DNA from: a virus
Taxonomy: Duplodnaviria; Caudoviricetes
Reading direction: 5' to 3' (one strand)
Length of the DNA: 57,366 nt
IMG/VR virus record: IMGVR_UViG_3300025543_000028
Coordinates: 1-57,366 of that record
This document shows, piece by piece, positions 39,840-47,833 of this stretch. The notes beneath the pieces were generated by a model, which saw only the letters and a program-made list of their open reading frames with translations, ran no database searches and was not told the DNA's origin. Within the stretch, counting starts at the first letter, position 1; each line of letters opens with the position of its first letter. The position numbers were made by a program, and so were the translations under genes.

Positions 39840-42095
39840 TTACTTTTTATTGTCTTTTTTTCTAGCATCACTTTCTTTTTGATGCTTCATCTCTTTATCT
39901 TTCTGCTGTGAGCTCATATCTGCTTTTACTTTTTCAACAACTATCTTGTTTTTCTCTCTAGTATCGTCTACATCTCTCATAGCATCTGACGCAACTTCTT
40001 GCGCAGTAATTCTAGCTTTAGCATTTATTTGAGCAACTTGTATACGTCCATCAATCTCCATTTGAGCTAATTTAATTTGACCTTGTATTTTAGACTCATC
40101 TGCCTGAGCTTGAGCTTGTTGTGCTTGTTGTTGTTGTTGCTGAACTTGTTGTTGCTGACCTTGCATAGCTTCTAATCCTTGTTCAAGAACTGCTTGCGCT
40201 TCAGTCATAGTATCTGCCTTCAACACCTTTAAAGCATCAAGTAATGTTATAGTACCAGATTGTAATGCAGCTTGTGACATTTGCTGTACTTGTGTTTTTA
40301 AAGCATCATCTTTACCAGAGTCACCCATAAAAATACCATAGTCATTTAATGCAATATCAGGTAAAATGTTTAACATCTTATAACCTGCATCTCCAAATAT
40401 ATATGCAGCTTTTTTCCCACCAGCCCATGCTATTTTCATTAAATTGGCTAGTTTCTCCATAACTTGTTTCTTAACTAAGTTGTGAGAGTAAAACCAAGCA
40501 CCAGTAGCTACAGAAGATTGCACAACACTTCTTTGTACGTTTCCTACATATTCATATTGAGCAACTGAGCCTTCTCTTTGTGGAGAAACACCTGATATTT
40601 GTCCAGCTGTTTGTTCTAACATTAATTTTAAATTAATTAATTGCTGTACAGAACTAGACAAAGTAAAATCAACTTGTTGAAATTGATTAAAAGATGCAGT
40701 ATCTCCACCTTCATCTCTTGTGTTTATAGGTATTATACCATCATTTTTTAGATGATACATTACTTCTTGCATATCCATACCTACATTACTAGGCATTTGA
40801 GATACATCATATACAACTGCTTTACCACCTGCTCTAGCCATAGTAAGCTCTATATGATACATTACTATATTATACAGCATTTGAATGTGGCTAAGCACGT
40901 CCATAAGGCTTGTAGACTTACCTGTAGTGTGATTAAATACACAGCCTACATATGAAAGCGATGTGCTACCAGCATCGTCAACAGACCTAACTTGATTAGG
41001 GCGTCTGCGACAGTTAACCAAAACTTTACCACCAATCTTTGTACCTTCCCATATATCATCAACATGTTTGTACTCAATGTTGTCACCTTTTCTTGCTTTG
41101 TATTTTTCACTTATAACTTTTTGAAATGGTTGCTCTGGATTGTATTTATTCTCAGATACTTTTACTCTTATAGTTTTAATAGATTTCCATTCAGCAGATA
41201 TAACTCTTACCTTTAATGTTTTAAATCTATCTATTTCAATCCATTTAAAATCAGAATTAAATCTATCTATATTTTCGTTTGTAGCAACTCTCATTTCTTC
41301 AAGTTGTCTTACATCATCGTCATCTAGTTCATCTCTAAATTCGTCTATAATTTCGTTTACAGATAACCATCTTTCTTCTCCTGCCCATTGAGCGTCATCT
41401 AAAAAGTCTGAATCTATTGATTTATCAAATACAAATGTTCTTGGGTCTACACGTCTAAAATATGGGTCACCGTTCTTAACATATATTTTATAAAACTCTT
41501 TACCTGTAACGAGTAAATCTCTCATACCTTCATGAAAGACTTTTTTCATTTTATATTTTTCAGCTAAATAGTCTATACCATCTCTAATAGACTCTTCAAT
41601 AACTTCTTTATACTCGAACCTCATGAAGTGGTCAATGTCGTCTGGAATAGGAAAGTCTTTGTTATCCATTTCTAATTCCATGCCGTAAACCTTTTCCACC
41701 TCTGCATTTATTTCTTTCAGCAAATCATTTGCTATTAAAGAAATTTTAAACTGTTCTTTACGTAATGCAGCATCCATGTTAACTGCAAACACAGACTTGT
41801 CTATAGGTCTATTTAAATCTTCATTACACAGTAAATCAATTTTATTTTTAGATAATGGATAGTTGGATAGAGTTGCAGGAGAAGGCATGTTGTATTGCTC
41901 AGTAACATAACTATAGTCATCGTGCTCTACATCACCATTGTAAAGCCTATAATTTTTAATGTCTTTGTCGTAGTCACTAATATAACCTTCTTGATTATTA
42001 TAGTCTAATGCTGAAACAATTGCATCAAGGTTTTTCTCACACCAATCAAGTGTTTTTTCGTTTTCAGGTAAAAATTGTTTAGGAAATTGACTCAT
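39840..42095 (-). CDS. Portal protein
   Basis: 751 aa with FPKQ..P..EK..W, NY.LYNG, WEGTKIG, ISGVSPQREG and a Q-rich C-terminal barrel. Directly follows the terminase. Confidence 0.88.
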   Translation of the reverse strand: MSQFPKQFLPENEKTLDWCEKNLDAIVSALDYNNQEGYISDYDKDIKNYRLYNGDVEHDDYSYVTEQYNMPSPATLSNYPLSKNKIDLLCNEDLNRPIDKSVFAVNMDAALRKEQFKISLIANDLLKEINAEVEKVYGMELEMDNKDFPIPDDIDHFMRFEYKEVIEESIRDGIDYLAEKYKMKKVFHEGMRDLLVTGKEFYKIYVKNGDPYFRRVDPRTFVFDKSIDSDFLDDAQWAGEERWLSVNEIIDEFRDELDDDDVRQLEEMRVATNENIDRFNSDFKWIEIDRFKTLKVRVISAEWKSIKTIRVKVSENKYNPEQPFQKVISEKYKARKGDNIEYKHVDDIWEGTKIGGKVLVNCRRRPNQVRSVDDAGSTSLSYVGCVFNHTTGKSTSLMDVLSHIQMLYNIVMYHIELTMARAGGKAVVYDVSQMPSNVGMDMQEVMYHLKNDGIIPINTRDEGGDTASFNQFQQVDFTLSSSVQQLINLKLMLEQTAGQISGVSPQREGSVAQYEYVGNVQRSVVQSSVATGAWFYSHNLVKKQVMEKLANLMKIAWAGGKKAAYIFGDAGYKMLNILPDIALNDYGIFMGDSGKDDALKTQVQQMSQAALQSGTITLLDALKVLKADTMTEAQAVLEQGLEAMQGQQQQVQQQQQQAQQAQAQADESKIQGQIKLAQMEIDGRIQVAQINAKARITAQEVASDAMRDVDDTREKNKIVVEKVKADMSSQQKDKEMKHQKESDARKKDNKK

Positions 42096-42098
42096 TTT

Positions 42099-43898
42099 TT
42101 AATTTTTATATGGAATTAGTCTACCGTTTTCTCTTCTGTAATAAACAAAACCTATTCCTTGTTCTTGTATTTTATCTTTTTTAACTTGTTTGTCGTAAAG
42201 GTCTATATCATGTATAAGACATAAACCAAATGCTATTACCCTATCCGTGTTTCTTAAACCATAGCTCCCTAATTCATCTAATAAATCTACAAACCATATA
42301 TCTTCACAATTATCTTCTATGTAGCTTTCTAAAAACTGTTCCATTACAGCTTTAGTATGTTTGTTCATTTGTAATCCGTATCTGTTTCTATTTACAGTTT
42401 TCGGAGAATGTGCTGTTGCTGGTCTTTCTTTTAAATACTGTTTACCTCCTGCTCTTTGGAAGTGTCCAATAATACCAATACGTGTAAACTCAATTAACAT
42501 TTTGGCATTGTAATATACGGCTAATTTTAGACATCCATCCCAGAACTCTTCTGCTGTGTCAGGACGCTCAGTATATTCAGCTATAGGGTAATTACCTGCA
42601 ATTTCTGTGCTGTAAAACCTTCTAAATATAACAGCACTACCTAAAGAGCTTGTAGATGCTTCGTCTTGGTCATAAGAATCTATCCCACCTATATCAAGAC
42701 CTTTAAGTTCAGTGCGTGGGTGTGCTAGTATTTTATATGGGCCTGTTCTATCTAGTACAAACTTAACTTCCATACCGTCACCTTCCCATTCTAATCTACC
42801 GTGTTGTATTTGACCTCTTAATGATTCGTTAGTAAGTATCTCGCTTCTTTGAGCGTTTATCTTTGCTATATTAAATCTCGAGTTTTTGGTTTGTAAAAAA
42901 GCTTCCTCTACAGTTAAGGGGTAATTTTGTAATTCTAGATTGTATCCTTTTTGATTTCCTGCTTGGTGTAATTTTTCTCTACGTTCTTTTAATGCTTTAG
43001 TAGCACCATCATTATCAGACAAACCTTTATTTAAATCAAAAAATCCATGATAACACATAGAAGCTGGTATAAACATAGGTATTAAATTAAACGCATCTGC
43101 GTTATAATACATCTCCATAAAATCTTTAGATGCTGCTTCTATATCACCACCAGTACCTCCAATAACAGGAACACCATATTGCACATCACCATCCATAAAA
43201 CATGCTTTAGATGACATGTATGCATTTAGTAGCTCTTTAAATTCTCCTGCTTCTTCAAATACCATCACTGATAAACGTTCCCCTTTATAAACTTCAGGGT
43301 TACTCATTGTTCTACAGTGTATTACAGATTGAAAACCATCTACACCCCACTTACCGTCACGTCCTTTAACTTTATAACCTGACTTCATTACCTCTTCACC
43401 TTCTTTAAAAGTTGAATGTCTAAAATTTGAATGTTGATTATTAAGTCCAGCCTTAACTTTATCAAAAAAAGATGTCGCAGTAACTTGCAAACCTGCAGCA
43501 ACTCCAACATGATTATAAGGGTAAAACGTATATTCGTGAGCTAGTATGCCAGAATTCATATAAGAAAAGCCTTTATCTCTTGCTTTAATTACAATCATTC
43601 CTTTCTCTTCTTTCTTACAAGTATCAAACAGGTCAAAATAGTTTTTGTCCATGTCTCGATACCAAGGAGAGATAAGAGTTTTACGACTGTTACCTTTAAC
43701 ACCATCACTACCTAAAATTTTATAGAAGTTTAAATAGTAATAATGTTTACCTGTAATAAAATCCATGCCTTTAGGTTTAAAACCTTCTTTGCATCTACGA
43801 ATTTGCTCATCCCAGTACTCTCTATACATAACACTTTCAGGGTTCAAGTCAGGTATTCCTTCATATATTAAAGGTTGGTATTTTTTTATGTTACCCAT
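42099..43898 (-). CDS. terL: Terminase large subunit
   Basis: 599 aa with Walker A-like KARDKGFSY, Walker B VFEEAG, GGTGG coupling motif, nuclease GGIDSYDQD and C-terminal N.DRV.A. Confidence 0.92.
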   Translation of the reverse strand: MGNIKKYQPLIYEGIPDLNPESVMYREYWDEQIRRCKEGFKPKGMDFITGKHYYYLNFYKILGSDGVKGNSRKTLISPWYRDMDKNYFDLFDTCKKEEKGMIVIKARDKGFSYMNSGILAHEYTFYPYNHVGVAAGLQVTATSFFDKVKAGLNNQHSNFRHSTFKEGEEVMKSGYKVKGRDGKWGVDGFQSVIHCRTMSNPEVYKGERLSVMVFEEAGEFKELLNAYMSSKACFMDGDVQYGVPVIGGTGGDIEAASKDFMEMYYNADAFNLIPMFIPASMCYHGFFDLNKGLSDNDGATKALKERREKLHQAGNQKGYNLELQNYPLTVEEAFLQTKNSRFNIAKINAQRSEILTNESLRGQIQHGRLEWEGDGMEVKFVLDRTGPYKILAHPRTELKGLDIGGIDSYDQDEASTSSLGSAVIFRRFYSTEIAGNYPIAEYTERPDTAEEFWDGCLKLAVYYNAKMLIEFTRIGIIGHFQRAGGKQYLKERPATAHSPKTVNRNRYGLQMNKHTKAVMEQFLESYIEDNCEDIWFVDLLDELGSYGLRNTDRVIAFGLCLIHDIDLYDKQVKKDKIQEQGIGFVYYRRENGRLIPYKN

Positions 43899-44418
43899 TC
43901 TTTTGCGCCTGTAAAGTTTCTAAATAGCTTAACTCTCTATTACCCGCAATCTTAGTTCGTTCACCTCTTCTCTCGATAGCGTCTAATAGTGTCTTACGGG
44001 TTGCTAAAATTTTATCTACACCTATCATAACTTTCTGTATGTCAGCTGCGTTTTCTATATCTATTTTAGTATTTTCTAATAAAGATGTGTATTCATTTAT
44101 CTTTTCATTAAATGCAGCAAGTTGTGCATCTAATGGGTCGTATTGTAATTGATTATACTTAAGTATCGCGCTAGCGATTTTTTTGTTTTTTACACCTTTC
44201 CATTCGTAGTTGTCAAACAAATCTTTAGACACCACTCGCATTCTTTCTGACTCTGAAAAATGTCTATAAGGTGAATCGTAATCTGCAATATAAGCAACAA
44301 ACATAAGACCATCATTAGAAAGGCCACTTGTTTCTAAAACAGATTTAAACTCAGGTATGCCGAACACACCATCATCCTCTACAATTCTACCTTTTTTACT
44401 TATCTTTAATAGGTACAT
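43891..44418 (-). CDS. Conserved protein upstream of terL (putative small terminase)
   Basis: 175 aa, helical, with a D.DSPY motif. Overlaps the terL start. Confidence 0.55.
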   Translation of the reverse strand: MYLLKISKKGRIVEDDGVFGIPEFKSVLETSGLSNDGLMFVAYIADYDSPYRHFSESERMRVVSKDLFDNYEWKGVKNKKIASAILKYNQLQYDPLDAQLAAFNEKINEYTSLLENTKIDIENAADIQKVMIGVDKILATRKTLLDAIERRGERTKIAGNRELSYLETLQAQKNG

Positions 44419-44710
44419 GCTTTTTTAGTTCTGTTTTCATAATAAATATACCATGATTTACATATGGCATACTACCTTCTTGCCTTACATTAAATTCATC
44501 TAGATATTTGAAGTCAATTGTGTCTACGCTACCGCCTTGTAATATATATTTATTATTCAGTGGCAAGTAGCCCATATCAATGTAGTCTGAGATAATTTCG
44601 ATTTCTTTTTTATCGGTCATGCTATTGACATTTACATAACCAAATATTTTTTGGTTTGGCATAATTTCTATTACACCAAATTTACTTTTCTGCTTGTCCA
44701 TAATTTCCAT
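44396..44710 (-). CDS. Hypothetical protein
   Basis: 104-aa ORF overlapping the next gene, preceded by a TAACTTTA -7-like element (44715-44722). Confidence 0.6.
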   Translation of the reverse strand: MEIMDKQKSKFGVIEIMPNQKIFGYVNVNSMTDKKEIEIISDYIDMGYLPLNNKYILQGGSVDTIDFKYLDEFNVRQEGSMPYVNHGIFIMKTELKKHVPIKDK

Positions 44711-44724
44711 GATGTAAAGTTAAT

Positions 44725-44757
44725 AAAAAAAAGGGTACAATATACTGCACCCCTTTT
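44725..44757 (-). terminator. Intrinsic terminator after the two small basic genes
   Basis: Minus strand reads GGGGUGCAG-UAUA-UUGUACCCU followed by a U-run. Confidence 0.8.
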
Positions 44758-44796
44758 CTAACCAAAAAACAAACAATTATTATATTAAATCATTAT

Positions 44797-45096
44797 TTAA
44801 TCATGTTGAATAATTCCACCTTTCTTAAAGGTTTTCTTATCAATACCTACACTAGCTAAAACTCTATTACCCATATCTTGATTATAACCGTCCATGTATT
44901 TAGACTGTCTTTTTGCTGCGTATATAGAATCTACTGCCAGACTTTTTCTTTCACGTCTAGGCATACCTTTAAGAGTAGTCTTCATGTTTTCAGAGTAAGC
45001 TCCTTTTCTTTTAGAATTACCTCTTATAAGTTTCTTAGCAGCCCTTTTAGTTTGCTTTGATACTTTACGTCCACCAAAATTTCTAAGCCTTGCCAT
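44797..45096 (-). CDS. Small basic (K/R-rich) protein, putative internal DNA-binding virion protein
   Basis: 99 aa, ending FKKGGIIQHD. Confidence 0.7.
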   Translation of the reverse strand: MARLRNFGGRKVSKQTKRAAKKLIRGNSKRKGAYSENMKTTLKGMPRRERKSLAVDSIYAAKRQSKYMDGYNQDMGNRVLASVGIDKKTFKKGGIIQHD

Positions 45097-45449
45097 TAGT
45101 CGTGTTGTATATACCCACCTTTATTATACATTCTAGAGCTAGATGATTTTTTAAGCATACCACCTTTAGAATAACCTAAAGTTTCAGATATTTTTTTGTT
45201 ACCAGAAGAAAGATTCTTTTTTGCTCTTGTAGATAAAGCACTTTGCGCCATACCACTTATATTTTGTCCTGTTGTTGTTTTTTTTATAGAACCTGAACCA
45301 CCTTTTACAGGGTCTTTTGTTCTAGATACAATTTTATTTAAGTATGCTTCTGAAGCTGCTGTCTTACCACTTTTATTTGCGTTCTTTATAGCTTTTTTTA
45401 CTTTACGCTTTTTATTAGCTGCTTTTAATTTTTTTATTATACCAGGCAT
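45096..45449 (-). CDS. Small basic (K-rich) protein, putative internal DNA-binding virion protein
   Basis: 117 aa, containing YSKGG and ending YNKGGYIQHD. Its TAA overlaps the ATG of the next gene. Confidence 0.7.
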   Translation of the reverse strand: MPGIIKKLKAANKKRKVKKAIKNANKSGKTAASEAYLNKIVSRTKDPVKGGSGSIKKTTTGQNISGMAQSALSTRAKKNLSSGNKKISETLGYSKGGMLKKSSSSRMYNKGGYIQHD

Positions 45450-45474
45450 AATTATATTTTTTATTGTTATTCGT

Positions 45475-45482
45475 CAAATATA
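45475..45482 (-). promoter_or_regulatory. Bacteroidota -7 promoter element TATATTTG at the head of the late block
   Basis: Exact TAnnTTTG match 25 nt upstream of ATG 45449. Confidence 0.65.
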
Positions 45483-45580
45483 CTTAAAAAAAATTTATAG
45501 TTTTTTGAGTGTGGATGTATTATGGTGAATCCCCCACCGCTACGGCAAACCTTGGACGCCCCCATTGCGTAACCATAACC

Positions 45581-45596
45581 TGCTAATCCTTCCCGA
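45581..45596 (+). promoter_or_regulatory. Repeated early motif copy 1 (TGCTAATCCTTCCCGA), candidate phage-RNAP promoter
   Basis: Near-identical copies at 45858 and 46341, each intergenic and upstream of an early ORF. Confidence 0.55.
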
Positions 45597-45648
45597 TATT
45601 AAATAACGTAGTACTAAGCTACGTTAGTTAACTTAAACTTATTAAGAC

Positions 45649-45855
45649 ATGAAATACATTACTTTAATCGAAATGTGTGAGTATCTTGATGTGACAAGCA
45701 TCATATACCCTATCACACTAGAGTTAGTGTTACCAATGGACAGCCCAATGCGTATGGAGTTCTCTTCAATAGAAGACTTCAACGAATGGCTAGTCGACAC
45801 AGTCGGCTTCATCGGTAACACAGGAATAAAGGAGAGTTTAGCACGCATAGTATAG
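45649..45855 (+). CDS. Hypothetical early protein
   Basis: 68 aa, with leader TAACTTAAA..TAAGACATG shared with the next ORF. Confidence 0.7.
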   Translation: MKYITLIEMCEYLDVTSIIYPITLELVLPMDSPMRMEFSSIEDFNEWLVDTVGFIGNTGIKESLARIV

Positions 45856-45857
45856 CG

Positions 45858-45873
45858 TGTTAATCCTTCCTGA
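45858..45873 (+). promoter_or_regulatory. Repeated early motif copy 2 (TGTTAATCCTTCCTGA)
   Basis: Matches copies 1 and 3; intergenic, upstream of 45900. Confidence 0.55.
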
Positions 45874-45899
45874 TTTTAATTAACTTAAATTGATAAGAC

Positions 45900-46130
45900 A
45901 TGTACGACTTCAAAATCCTTCACGACAAAGCTGTTAATATTCAAAAGAAAATTAACCAATGGAAACATAGCTTTAGCGTGAAGCATCAGTCCACCATAGC
46001 GTGCCCTCATAAAGAAGGCTTCGTTATCGTAACCTTGTTGTTAATCCCTAAAGCGAAAGCAGAGGACAAACCAACAACGGAAACAAAGACTGTAACGGAA
46101 ACGAGAACTGTAGACGAAGCCCCATTCTAG
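45900..46130 (+). CDS. Hypothetical early protein with SSB-like C-terminal tail (DEAPF)
   Basis: 76 aa with a TETKTV/TETRTV 18-bp duplication before DEAPF. Confidence 0.7.
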   Translation: MYDFKILHDKAVNIQKKINQWKHSFSVKHQSTIACPHKEGFVIVTLLLIPKAKAEDKPTTETKTVTETRTVDEAPF

Positions 46131-46145
46131 GGTTTCGTTTTACTT
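46113..46145 (+). terminator. Intrinsic terminator overlapping the stop of 45900..46130
   Basis: GACGAAGCCC-CATTCTA-GGGTTTCGTT followed by TTACTT. Confidence 0.6.
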
Positions 46146-46340
46146 GTTCACTATCATGATGCGTAGTACTACAGCGTTATACATAGTATGCATCGTTATT
46201 TCTGTGTGTGTCCTTGTGTGTAGAACACATCCACAGCGTCTATTTGTGCGTCTAAAATGTTTGTCTTGTTGTTGTGTGTGTTGCGTAATGCGTTGTCTTA
46301 CAACAGTTTGGGTTAAAAATTAAGACGGAAAAGTGCTTCT

Positions 46341-46356
46341 TGTTAATCCTTCCCGT
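46341..46356 (+). promoter_or_regulatory. Repeated early motif copy 3 (TGTTAATCCTTCCCGT)
   Basis: Matches copies 1 and 2. Its 3' part can pair with AAGACGGAAAAG at 46322-46333. Confidence 0.5.
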
Positions 46357-46425
46357 CTTTATTTAACAATCTTCTATTTATTTAGATGATTGCGTAGCTT
46401 AATGGGTATTAAACCACTTACCCAC

Positions 46426-46456
46426 CAAAGTTACAATAAATAATTGACATAGTCAA
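46426..46456 (-). promoter_or_regulatory. Possible leftward Bacteroidota promoter (TTG-20 nt-TAACTTTG)
   Basis: CAAAGTTA at 46426-46433 and CAA at 46454-46456 on the plus strand. No ORF lies immediately downstream. Confidence 0.4.
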
Positions 46457-46538
46457 GTCGCAGTTGATAGCGCGACAGTCTCATGTATTATTTATTTAAA
46501 CGATTAATAGTGGTACAATATATTAAAAACTTATACAT

Positions 46539-47231
46539 ATGTTTACAATTCCTAAAACAGCAAAATCTACTTTTGCTAAATCGCCATTGAAATTAAACGT
46601 AGCAGTTGACAACCTCAACTCTACCGTTGCAAAGTTTACAGACGGTACTTACGATATATATTCCGACGGAGTGTATGTCAAGACAGCACCACAAGCTAAA
46701 CTAAACTTAGTATTTCCTGATTTATCTAACGATAACAATCAAGTATACTTTGACTTGCGTTTCAATGGTTTGACAATTATGGATATTCAGACTTACATTT
46801 ATTTCTATGAATTACGTGACCGTCTTGTAGAGTCTTCTGAAACTAAATACATTCAGGAAGCTATTCAACACCTAACATCAGTTCACAAAATAGATGATGT
46901 ACCAACAGCATCGATATTTCACAATGCCGACGGTACACCAATGTATACTCTTAAAGAGTTTCGTGACACATTCGAGTTGCCATCCTCTACGAGTAAACTA
47001 TACTCAATATTACGTGAGAACAGTACTGAATTCCTTAGACACGATTTACAAGGCTCACTATTAGGCAAGCAACTTATAGTTAAATCTTATTTCAACGATA
47101 AGCTAAATAACTACACAATTTGCTCACCTAATCACAAGCCTAGAGTATCTCAACGTCAAGAAGAACAAGACGTACCTGTAGCGAAAGCTTACAGCCGTCG
47201 ACGTGCTCAAGTTGGTAACCCTTTCGCATAA
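46539..47231 (+). CDS. Hypothetical early protein
   Basis: 230 aa with an A-rich leader, followed by a terminator. No family recognised. Confidence 0.8.
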   Translation: MFTIPKTAKSTFAKSPLKLNVAVDNLNSTVAKFTDGTYDIYSDGVYVKTAPQAKLNLVFPDLSNDNNQVYFDLRFNGLTIMDIQTYIYFYELRDRLVESSETKYIQEAIQHLTSVHKIDDVPTASIFHNADGTPMYTLKEFRDTFELPSSTSKLYSILRENSTEFLRHDLQGSLLGKQLIVKSYFNDKLNNYTICSPNHKPRVSQRQEEQDVPVAKAYSRRRAQVGNPFA

Positions 47232-47235
47232 TCAT

Positions 47236-47260
47236 GGCGAGGGGGTGACCCCTTGTTTTT
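47236..47260 (+). terminator. Intrinsic terminator
   Basis: GGCGAGGGG-GTGA-CCCCTTGTT-TTT with a GNRA loop. Confidence 0.8.
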
Positions 47261-47309
47261 GTCACTATCACTATGCAGCGTATACATAGTCTAGAGTTTA
47301 ATATATTAA

Positions 47310-47612
47310 TTAACATCCTTGCGCAGGATGAGCGGTATGATGCACCGTGCAACCCCAAGCACCCAAGAAAGCAACCTCTAGGAACAATAAGTGTTGTATC
47401 ATGACTAATAGGAAAGACTATTACGGCACAATCTCTTGTTTAAAGTAACAGTTATGTCTAATGGGATATACAGTTGCATGAGATACACCTAAACATGTGT
47501 TTAAACTGTTTATTTTTTATTAAAAGCAGGTAGCAAAGTGTGAAACTCACTTGTAGCGTCATATAGCTAACTCAGGTTACATTCCTGAAGCGATATATGA
47601 ACCTGCTTATTT
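47310..47612 (+). ncRNA. Putative structured RNA region (hairpins, multibranch element, pseudoknot, three-way junction)
   Basis: No credible plus-strand ORF. Visible stems include CATCCT/AGGATG, TAATAG/CTATTA, GCAAC/GTTGC, AAGCAGGT/ACCTGCTT and TCAGG/CCTGA. Confidence 0.45.
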
Positions 47613-47722
47613 TTAATTAACTAACTAAATTGAAAGCAAAATGGCTGGATTAGTACCAACGCGAAACGTACGCAAACAAATACGTCAAGAAGAGGCATGA
47701 AAGAAACACTGCATACAGAGAA

Positions 47723-47833
47723 ATGATTAGTACACCTGAAGGTATTGCTAATTATATTGAAACTACCAACAATATAGGTAGAAAGCAAATGCAGTTTTTA
47801 GTAAATCTGCAGAAAAAACTAGTAAAGAAATAG
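47723..47833 (+). CDS. Micro-ORF (36 aa), last of three ATGA-coupled micro-ORFs starting at 47641
   Basis: Translates to MISTPEGIANYIETTNNIGRKQMQFLVNLQKKLVKK. Below the track size cut-off. Confidence 0.4.
   Translation: MISTPEGIANYIETTNNIGRKQMQFLVNLQKKLVKK

Larger units (their letters stand above)
1..45449 (-). mobile_element. crAss-like bacteriophage late (virion morphogenesis) gene block
   Basis: Tightly packed minus-strand ORFs in crAss-like order: terminase, portal, scaffold-like, MCP, ring proteins, IHF, muzzle, cargo proteins, giant RNAP, tail fibres. Confidence 0.92.

Noticed and set aside
40100-40170. Poly-Q tract in the portal as a special repeat
   Set aside because: Q-rich C-terminal barrels are ordinary in podophage portals.
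10726-43898. Introns or inteins in the RNAP, MCP, portal or terminase genes
   Set aside because: The ORFs are uninterrupted, the last three are of expected size, and I recognised no intein or homing-endonuclease motifs. A cryptic insertion in the RNAP cannot be excluded by eye.
4593-45528. Short plus-strand ORFs nested in the late block
   Set aside because: They lie opposite long genes of the minus-strand operon and look like reverse-frame artefacts.
45581-46356. CRISPR mini-array reading of the TAATCCTTCC repeats
   Set aside because: The repeats are only ~15 nt, with irregular spacing (277 and 483 bp) that contains ORFs.
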